Below, piece after piece: positions 1-6,250 of a stretch of 11,360 bases of DNA. This DNA is from Candidatus Heimdallarchaeota archaeon (GTDB lineage Archaea; Asgardarchaeota; Heimdallarchaeia; Heimdallarchaeales; Heimdallarchaeaceae). Under the pieces are notes generated by a model. It worked only from the letters and a program-made list of their open reading frames with translations. It made no database searches and was not told where the DNA came from. The stretch is from assembly GCA_030668825.1 (NCBI GenBank), contig DAOVET010000084.1:1-11360 (forward strand), written 5' to 3'. A program made the position numbers and the translations under genes. Numbering within the stretch: the stretch's first letter is position 1; every line of letters begins with the position of its first letter.

Positions 1-1641
1 TATTTTCAAAAGGTTTTGTCCTTCTGAAAATCTTAGTTGATATACTTCATAGTCCACAACTATACCAATTTTTTTCAGATCATCAACTGTATAATCTTTG
101 GATTCAGCTAACTTGATGTATTGTTCCAGTTCTTTTCCTTCAACTCTATCCATCAAACCTGCAATTGCTGGTAGATGTAATAAATCATCATGGATATCAG
201 AGCTGATTATCCTAGCCAATTCAAACCCTAACATACCTGCAGATAGTTCATAACCTCCACCGACGAAATATGGATTTACATGAATATCTACTAAATCTTT
301 GATTTCTTTATCGGGAAAATGGTGATCTATTACAATTACTTCTAAATCTAGAGATTTAATTTGTAAATAAGAAAAGAGAGATTCAGTACTAGATCCAAAA
401 TCCAAGCATATGAATAAGGGTAACTTGTCACCAAATCTTTCCTGATCTGCTAAAGCAAAGTCAAGATCTTTTGTAACGTCAATAGCATCATAGAAAGGTG
501 GTTTATTGGGTAGGCGTTTCAACCTCATCCTTATTGTATCGTTATCATATCCCTCTTTTTCCATCAAGTTTTTGATAGCCATCTTGACTGCAAATCCTGC
601 AACTGTACCATCGGCATCAGCATGATTTCGTATGATTATAGGTTGACCTGTGTAAATGGCTTTTCTAATACGTTTAGCAGCTTTAGTTAGGTCTGGTCTA
701 AGTTTTTCTAGAAGCTCACTTTTAATCGAAAAATCTATTTTTTGAGGAGTAGCTTTTTCATCTATGGCTTTCTCGATTTCTTTTACTAAACTAGAACTCT
801 CAGCTGCAGCCAAAGCTTCCATGTCTTTTATTTCAATTTGTAAAATATCTCTGTGCTTATTTATTTCTCCGAAAATTGCTACAACCATATCTTCTTCTAT
901 TTCTGGAAATGCTCTTTCTCCAGGTTTAATGAATGCAGCACCATTAATTGAGCCAGTTTGATCAACAAGTGTAAAACGAGTTGGTCCCGATGTTTGTAGA
1001 ACAGATACAACTTGTGCATTAAGAGAGATAAAGGAACCTTCCATGTCTTGATTCAGGTTATTAATTTGGAGTTTTCTTACTCTACCTCGTAAAGATTCTG
1101 TTGCATAATCAGCTATATTCTGAGGAATACCAAAAAGCTTCCCTTGATCATTTATGAAATTAACCTTAACAATCACTTCCTCTCCAATATCCCATGCATA
1201 GTCTTGAGTTACATCCTTTGTTCTTATTAGAACATTCAAATCAGGAGCAATTTGAACAAAAACACCGACTTTTTTCACTGCATCAACTCTAGAAAGAAGT
1301 AACATTCCTTTTCTGACTAGCCGGGAATCTATGGGAGGTTTCAAGCTATAAACAACTGGAACTTTCTTTTCCTCACAACTACTGCATATGCCTGAAGTTG
1401 TTGGTTCTTTTATAATTTTCTTGCAATTTGAACATAATTGAACTGATTTGTTCCCTCCGCATGTTGGACACTTTTCACGTAAAATAATTTTTCCTGTTCC
1501 TTGACATTTCTCACAAGCTTGTCCTTCTTTAGTTTCACCTAGTGTGAAGGCTGTTTTACCTATACCTAAACACGATGGGCAAGTCATCTTTTCCTTTATA
1601 ATCTTTCCTCGACCTTTACAAGTGGGACATTTTAAACTCAA
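1..1641 (-). CDS. Archaea-specific RecJ-like DHH exonuclease with N-terminal DnaJ-type Zn finger and S1/OB folds (COG1107-like), 3' end runs off the window
   Basis: Manually translated, open from TTG at 1641 to base 1 (547 codons). It starts MSLKCPTCKGRGK..CPSCLGIG..CEKCQGTG..CPTCGG..CSNC..CSSC (six CxxC). It has an OB-fold segment QTSGPTRFTLVDQTG, DHH motif I RNHADADG (607-630), PFY, LDFGS, IDHH (DHH at 319-327) and VNPY..GGGYELSAGML. SD-like AGGTG lies about 8 nt upstream of the TTG. Confidence 0.93.
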   Translation of the reverse strand, partial: MSLKCPTCKGRGKIIKEKMTCPSCLGIGKTAFTLGETKEGQACEKCQGTGKIILREKCPTCGGNKSVQLCSNCKKIIKEPTTSGICSSCEEKKVPVVYSLKPPIDSRLVRKGMLLLSRVDAVKKVGVFVQIAPDLNVLIRTKDVTQDYAWDIGEEVIVKVNFINDQGKLFGIPQNIADYATESLRGRVRKLQINNLNQDMEGSFISLNAQVVSVLQTSGPTRFTLVDQTGSINGAAFIKPGERAFPEIEEDMVVAIFGEINKHRDILQIEIKDMEALAAAESSSLVKEIEKAIDEKATPQKIDFSIKSELLEKLRPDLTKAAKRIRKAIYTGQPIIIRNHADADGTVAGFAVKMAIKNLMEKEGYDNDTIRMRLKRLPNKPPFYDAIDVTKDLDFALADQERFGDKLPLFICLDFGSSTESLFSYLQIKSLDLEVIVIDHHFPDKEIKDLVDIHVNPYFVGGGYELSAGMLGFELARIISSDIHDDLLHLPAIAGLMDRVEGKELEQYIKLAESKDYTVDDLKKIGIVVDYEVYQLRFSEGQNLLKI

Positions 1642-1694
1642 GATTTTTACACCTACATTTAACAATAGACTAACGAAACAAAAATTCAATATAC

Positions 1695-1701
1695 AAAAAA
1701 A
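1695..1701 (-). terminator. Putative archaeal oligo-T terminator
   Basis: T7 tract on the - strand about 15 nt after the stop of ORF 1717-2100, with a second T5 tract at 1680-1684. Confidence 0.4.
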
Positions 1702-1716
1702 TTATGTTGTAAGAGA

Positions 1717-2100
1717 TTAATCTGGAATTAAAGCTATTTCACTGAAATTAAGTAATCTAGTGAATATTAGATTGCTTATTTCTAATTTTAGTTTTTCTGA
1801 ACTATCTTCAAATCTTTCTGCAGCACTATAGATTTTCATTGAAAGATCTGCATCTCCAAAAACATAATGTACATAGAAAGCTAAATCGCGAGTTCCTGCA
1901 TCGTCAGAGTCTTCACATGAACACACATGAGCTTTGATTATTTCAGGACCTAGGTCCAATATGCACTCATATAATTCTTCTAGTGTTGAACTGGAACAAA
2001 GAACACCTAGTGTATCAGGTGAAACAAATTTGAACCTTTCATTTGGTCCTTCATCACCACTAGCCATTCTAGCCAGCACTTTAAGAGTAGTTAGATCCAC
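1717..2100 (-). CDS. Hypothetical protein, possible uDENN/longin-like fold (127 aa)
   Basis: GTG start preceded by SD-like GAGGT, 22 nt downstream of the roadblock gene. The hydrophobic pattern fits beta-beta-alpha-beta-beta-beta-alpha, with a GP turn and a following Pro (EGPNERFKFVSP). The gene is well supported, the fold is inference. Confidence 0.7.
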   Translation of the reverse strand: MDLTTLKVLARMASGDEGPNERFKFVSPDTLGVLCSSSTLEELYECILDLGPEIIKAHVCSCEDSDDAGTRDLAFYVHYVFGDADLSMKIYSAAERFEDSSEKLKLEISNLIFTRLLNFSEIALIPD

Positions 2101-2122
2101 AGCTTTCTACCTCGTTGCTTGT

Positions 2123-2500
2123 TTAAATTATCATCATTGGAGTTAGTTTTTGCAATAATCGTTTAATATTGTGTTCCAGAAGACCTCTGTTTTCTTCTTT
2201 GGTAGTTATAATTACCGCGTAATATTCATCACCAATTGGACGAAGATAAACAAAATGATCCTTTTCTTCAATTGTAACACTCATCAAAGTAAATTCTTTC
2301 ATTAATTGTTGGAGTGATTCCTTTGCTAGAGAAAGCATCTTTTCACTTAACCATTGAATAACAAGTCTTTCAAATTTTTGGGATGATTCTGCCAATAATA
2401 AAGCATCTTTAGCATAAATAATTGAACAACCCAACACTCCTTCTGTATTAGATTCAAACTCATGTAGCATTTTTTCTATTTGTTGTCCAGATAGACTCAT
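2123..2500 (-). CDS. Roadblock/LC7 (MglB/LAMTOR2-like) domain protein (about 125 aa)
   Basis: Typical roadblock pattern: helix IEKMLHEFES, EGVLGCSII..DALLLAES, long helix, strands SVTIEEKDHFVYLRPIGDEYYAVIIT, then ENRGLL and a C-terminal helix. Start moved from GTG 2509 to ATG 2500 because GGTGG then sits at SD distance. Confidence 0.9.
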   Translation of the reverse strand: MSLSGQQIEKMLHEFESNTEGVLGCSIIYAKDALLLAESSQKFERLVIQWLSEKMLSLAKESLQQLMKEFTLMSVTIEEKDHFVYLRPIGDEYYAVIITTKEENRGLLEHNIKRLLQKLTPMMII

Positions 2501-2598
2501 CTTTTCCACCAGTGTCTTTGGGTAAGTAGTATTACTAATAGTATATCAATCTTATCTTTATTTTCGAATGTTCATTCAGTGATAGAATGCGGATTTAG

Positions 2599-2606
2599 TA
2601 TATAAA
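2599..2606 (-). promoter_or_regulatory. Putative TATA box for the roadblock + hypothetical gene pair
   Basis: TTTATATA on the - strand, about 100 nt upstream of ATG 2500 and just downstream of the preceding terminator. Confidence 0.5.
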
Positions 2607-2619
2607 CTCACAAGTTTAG

Positions 2620-2640
2620 AAAAAAACTTCTTGTTGAAGT
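2620..2640 (-). terminator. Putative terminator (short hairpin + T tract) after the longin gene
   Basis: The - strand reads ACTTC-AACAA-GAAGT-TTTTTT, a 5-bp stem followed by a T run, 16 nt after the stop at 2657. Confidence 0.5.
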
Positions 2641-2656
2641 AGAATATTGAAATTTT

Positions 2657-3583
2657 CTATAACAGTCTCTCAACAAACATAGAAATTCTACTCATGTGAG
2701 GAGACATAGATTCTAATTCATCTCGAAAACTACTAAAAACAATAGATTTTGAGTTTTGATTCTTGTTTGTATAAACCAAAACCCAGTATGATTCATCTTC
2801 CACTGTAATTGATTTAATTAGATTTTCTGAGGATTCAAGATCGATACTAAGTTCTGAAGGATTGGTCACAATGTATTTTATTACTGGATATATATCGGAA
2901 AATATTCGTCTACTAAAAACAAATGAAAAAAGCTGGTCATCCTTTGCGACTGCAAACAAACTTGAAATTAGTCTTTTATACCCCAGGAAGAAATTTGTTA
3001 AAGATTTCTTAATACTATTAATTTTATCCTCACTTAATTTTTCTTCATCAGTTAAAACCTCAACGTAGAATTCTTCCATTTTGACTGTTGGAATAGAAAT
3101 TTCAGGGAGTGGTAAAGATTCTTCTGTAGATACTTCATTACTAATAGTTTCCTGTGGTTTCTTCTGTCCTTTTTTTCTTATTTCTGCAACTAATTCTAAA
3201 GGTATGATTGTATCCCCCATATCAAACAAAGAAGAAATTTCACTAATTGATTTATTTTCTGTCAAAATTTCATACCTAAGAGAAATATTCTGTATAAGTG
3301 CACTTTCAATTTCTTTGCTTAGGTTTTCCTTAGTGATTATAACAAGCAATTTTCCATCATGGAGTTCTGCAAAAAGAAATTTGCTCGTGCCAAAATCTAT
3401 TGACATAACCTCTTCATTACCTATAGCATAAGTATAGCTGTACAGTGCTGATATGAATCCGAATACTAATACATCGTCTATATTCAAGAAATCTGTAAAT
3501 TTTTCAGTAAAAATACTAACTCCTTGATCTATGACTTGGATTGAGAAAATCCTCTCTCTATACTTGGAGATATCAACACTCAT
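2657..3583 (-). CDS. Longin-domain protein with acidic/Pro-rich linker and a C-terminal roadblock-like domain (308 aa)
   Basis: The N-terminus IFSIQVIDQGVSIF..DDVLVFGFISALYSY..VMSIDFGTSKFLF..LLVIIT matches the Asgard longin-like pattern. The linker is KKPQETISNEVSTEESLPLPEISIP. The C-terminal ~125 aa have an alpha-beta-beta-alpha-beta-beta-beta-alpha pattern (this second domain call is weaker). Confidence 0.78.
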   Translation of the reverse strand: MSVDISKYRERIFSIQVIDQGVSIFTEKFTDFLNIDDVLVFGFISALYSYTYAIGNEEVMSIDFGTSKFLFAELHDGKLLVIITKENLSKEIESALIQNISLRYEILTENKSISEISSLFDMGDTIIPLELVAEIRKKGQKKPQETISNEVSTEESLPLPEISIPTVKMEEFYVEVLTDEEKLSEDKINSIKKSLTNFFLGYKRLISSLFAVAKDDQLFSFVFSRRIFSDIYPVIKYIVTNPSELSIDLESSENLIKSITVEDESYWVLVYTNKNQNSKSIVFSSFRDELESMSPHMSRISMFVERLL

Positions 3584-3615
3584 CTGATAGAGATATAGTA
3601 AGAGGATTTTTATTC

Positions 3616-4158
3616 TTATTGTTGTTTTTCACCAAAAAAATCAGCGATTTTTGATTGGGTATAGAAAGTTAGTCCAATAGATTCTAAATTTCTTTGAATG
3701 TAATCCTGCGTTGATGAGAACAAGTAAACATTCCGCTTCCATATTGTTTCTAAGTCTTTATTATCTTGAAAATTTCGATTTTTTCTCCAGTTTTTTCTTC
3801 TGTTTTTATAAATCCCATAATCTTTTAAGAGAACCAGATATCCCATGAACGTAAACTTCTTCAAAACTTGAGGAAATTTCTTTCTTTCCAGTTCACGCAA
3901 AATTAAAATTCTTAGATATTCATTTAGTTGTTCTAGAAACTTATCTTCATTTCCTGCAGATACTTTACTGTAATGTTTTGCTTCAAAAACAATATAGTAT
4001 GTTTTGTCCCTAATAGTTCTTTTCGCTAATATATCTAATCTCTTATTCTCAATCCTTTTCTCTTCCCAAACCTCAAAACTGTTATTGTGTAAAAAATGTG
4101 CTATTGAACTCTGAGCTACTCTCCATGCTTCAGTAGATTTTTCATTATTGAGATTCAT
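3616..4158 (-). CDS. PD-(D/E)XK nuclease, RecB/NucS-C-like, with C-terminal PIP box (about 180 aa)
   Basis: Motifs RLDILAK...IVFEAKHY...FLEQLNEY (D, ExK, QLxxY) and C-terminal QSKIADFF (3634-3657). ATG 4158 overlaps the TPR stop as ATGA and is preferred over ATG 4173. Confidence 0.82.
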   Translation of the reverse strand: MNLNNEKSTEAWRVAQSSIAHFLHNNSFEVWEEKRIENKRLDILAKRTIRDKTYYIVFEAKHYSKVSAGNEDKFLEQLNEYLRILILRELERKKFPQVLKKFTFMGYLVLLKDYGIYKNRRKNWRKNRNFQDNKDLETIWKRNVYLFSSTQDYIQRNLESIGLTFYTQSKIADFFGEKQQ

Positions 4159-5930
4159 ATAGAATTTTCCCATTCTTCAAATTGTGCGGCTGTTTTATAA
4201 TCTTTATTCTTTATAGCAATGTCTTTTGCTTTGTTATAACAATCTTTAGCTTCATTCTTAAGTTTTAATTCTTCATAGAGTATCCCTAGATTCGCCCAAG
4301 AAATGGCTTTGTTTGGTTCAATATCTATAGCTGTTTGATAAGCTTCAATCGCTTCATCATATCTCTTTAATTCTTTTAGAACATTACCTAAATTGTTTAA
4401 AGCTGCATGATCTTCAGGATTTAACTTCAATACTTTTTTGTATGTTTCTTCAGCTTTTTTGTAAAGTGATAATTCTTGATATGCTAGCCCAAGATTAAAC
4501 TGTATCCTAGAATCAGCCGGATCAAATGATATTACTTTTCTGAAAGATTCACTTGCACCAAGATAGTCTTTAGCTCTCATAAGAAGATCACCTATTTTGT
4601 TCCAAAGAGTAGTTTCATCCCAAGGGAGATAAGAAGATACCATCTTAAGAATGCGAACTAATCGCTTATCATCATGAAGCAAAGTCAAAATTGAAGTAAT
4701 TTTCTGAAGATACTTTTGAACTTCTTTTCCAGACATCAGTAATTCTTCATAGATGCTTATGGCTTCATCCACCCTACCCATTCTTTCATAAACCAAAGCC
4801 AAATTCTCCAATATTCCTGCATTCTCAGGAAATTTTGATACACCAATCTGGAGTATTTCCAGAGAATTATCATATTTCTTTCTACTAATTAGCCCAGTTA
4901 CGAATCGAACAATGGATTCAGCTGAAGACATCAATTGAATTTGCTTAATAAAGTACTCATATTCTCCCATAGATTCAATGGTTGCTATAGCTTTTCCAGC
5001 TAAAGTCCAACACTCTAAACATGCTGGATCCAGTGTTAAAGCAGTCTTAATTGCTTTGATTGCTTGTTCATTTTTATACTGAGCAAAGAAGCAATCAGCT
5101 AATTCATTCCAGTACTCAGGTATATCATTTTTAATCTGAAGTGCTTTCTTGAAATATTCTTCAGCAATGAGGTAATGTTTGCCTTCAAATGCTGCTTTTC
5201 CTGTGAAAAATAATATTACATGGCTATCTGGTTGCTTAAGAACTACGCTTGAAAAGAGAATAAAAGCTTCATCAGTATTATTATTGGCTAAAGCTTCTTG
5301 CCCGTTAACAAAATCTTTGTTTGCGTATAATTCCCTTAATTCATGCTCAAATTGCTGTTTCAATTCAGTTGATGTCTGTGCTCTTCGGGTTAGAGATTTC
5401 AAAGATTTTGGTAAGGGATAAGTAGTTGAAATATTTAATATCCTATATGCATCTGATGTTGAATCTTTTTTCTCATTGTTTGAATGTTCTATAAAATCTG
5501 GACGAAGCCTAAGATAACAATCCATTGCTTCCTCATGTTTACCTTGAAGCATGTATATTGACATCAAGTTTGCCCAAGCAAATTGGTTGTCTGGATTGTA
5601 ATTAGACAATTTACTATAAATTTCGATTGCCATATCATATTCTTTAATTTCAGTTAAAAGATTAGCTAGTATAATAACTTCATCTTCACGTTCATAGGGT
5701 AGCTTAGAGAGTTCTTTTTTCAGTACTTTCTTTATTAAATCAAAATTGTCTGTAAACTCTTTAAGAAAAATGTCATCCTCGAATTTGAATAGACTTGAAG
5801 TAATTTCACCAGGAGGATAACTTGCATATATTTTACTGGTTGAATGTACAATTTCAGAAGCTATAGTCTCCAATAGGAGGGTAGTATTTTTCAACATTTC
5901 ATCTATTGGTCTAATATTTTCTTGTGTCAT
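4155..5930 (-). CDS. Tetratricopeptide repeat (TPR) protein (591 aa)
   Basis: Many 34-aa TPR-consensus units, e.g. SRIQFNLGLAYQELSLYKKAEETYKKVLKLNPED, HAALNNLGNVLKELKRYDEAIEAYQTAIDIEPNK and PEYWNELADCFFAQYKNEQAIKAIKTALTLDPAC. No catalytic domain, signal peptide or TM helix is recognisable. Confidence 0.95.
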   Translation of the reverse strand: MTQENIRPIDEMLKNTTLLLETIASEIVHSTSKIYASYPPGEITSSLFKFEDDIFLKEFTDNFDLIKKVLKKELSKLPYEREDEVIILANLLTEIKEYDMAIEIYSKLSNYNPDNQFAWANLMSIYMLQGKHEEAMDCYLRLRPDFIEHSNNEKKDSTSDAYRILNISTTYPLPKSLKSLTRRAQTSTELKQQFEHELRELYANKDFVNGQEALANNNTDEAFILFSSVVLKQPDSHVILFFTGKAAFEGKHYLIAEEYFKKALQIKNDIPEYWNELADCFFAQYKNEQAIKAIKTALTLDPACLECWTLAGKAIATIESMGEYEYFIKQIQLMSSAESIVRFVTGLISRKKYDNSLEILQIGVSKFPENAGILENLALVYERMGRVDEAISIYEELLMSGKEVQKYLQKITSILTLLHDDKRLVRILKMVSSYLPWDETTLWNKIGDLLMRAKDYLGASESFRKVISFDPADSRIQFNLGLAYQELSLYKKAEETYKKVLKLNPEDHAALNNLGNVLKELKRYDEAIEAYQTAIDIEPNKAISWANLGILYEELKLKNEAKDCYNKAKDIAIKNKDYKTAAQFEEWENSI

Positions 5931-5997
5931 TTAGTTTCACAAACCAGACTATTTGCTTTGCCCCCTAAGTCGTAAATGACCCCAACCAGAGGTTCGT

Positions 5998-6014
5998 ATT
6001 AGTTTTCAACTAAT
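5998..6014. repeat. Perfect 7-bp inverted repeat (hairpin or operator)
   Basis: ATTAGTT-TTC-AACTAAT in the divergent intergenic region. Confidence 0.6.
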
Positions 6015-6044
6015 CTCTTTGAAATAGCTCTTCATTACCCGTTG

Positions 6045-6052
6045 TATTTAAA
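6045..6052 (-). promoter_or_regulatory. Putative TATA box for the TPR-nuclease unit
   Basis: TTTAAATA on the - strand, about 115 nt upstream of ATG 5930. Confidence 0.4.
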
Positions 6053-6207
6053 CATTGCTAGTTAATTTTTGATCACTAGTCTAGTTTCAATAATATAATT
6101 CACATGGGTATTTATTAATATAATCTTCTAAAAAAATGGAGTTTGTGCAAAAAATCGAATTTCCAACCATTTCTGAAGCATCCGTTTTACATTTTCTCTA
6201 CTCATGC

Positions 6208-6222
6208 AATAAAGCTTATATG
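6208..6222 (+). promoter_or_regulatory. Putative BRE/TATA promoter of the helicase gene
   Basis: Purine-rich AATAAAG followed by CTTATATG, with the TATA-like part 36-29 nt upstream of ATG 6251. No SD motif is present. Confidence 0.45.
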
Positions 6223-6250
6223 GACTCTCATAAACAAAACAAAGACACTT

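Noticed and set aside
764-961. ORF-track 65-aa + strand ORF
   Set aside because: Antisense shadow of the RecJ-like gene, Ser/Ile-rich with no motifs.
1380-1632. dnaJ chaperone gene suggested by CxxCxGxG repeats
   Set aside because: No J-domain or HPD motif, and the Zn finger is in frame with a DHH nuclease.
1934-2146. 70-aa + strand ORF
   Set aside because: Antisense to ORF 1717-2100, which has an SD motif and operon context.
2527-2589. Short inverted repeats in the roadblock leader (TAGTA-T-TACTA; GAATG/CATTC/GAATG)
   Set aside because: Only 5-bp AT-rich arms, expected by chance at this base composition.
2862-3431. + strand ORFs 2862-3068 and 3081-3431
   Set aside because: Antisense shadows of the longin gene.
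4155-4176. Programmed -1 frameshift fusing the TPR and nuclease (GGGAAAA near the TPR end)
   Set aside because: The run is not phased as X XXY YYZ in the TPR frame (UGG GAA AAU), and the ATGA overlap explains the junction more simply.
5179-5421. 80-aa + strand ORF
   Set aside because: Antisense shadow of the TPR gene.
5986-5997. ACGAACCTCTGG (- strand), resembling a glycine-riboswitch linker and loosely the c-di-GMP-I riboswitch
   Set aside because: Core aptamer motifs (GGAGAG, CCGAAG, CTCAGG; GCAAAG/CTAAA receptor) are missing or misplaced. Kept only as a generic structured-leader candidate.
5960-6010. tRNA-like GGTTCG on the + strand
   Set aside because: No T-stem pairing, acceptor stem or anticodon arm can be built around it.
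6143-6250. Helicase N-terminal extension from TTG 6143
   Set aside because: The extension contains the likely TATA box and has atypical composition. ATG 6251 fits better.
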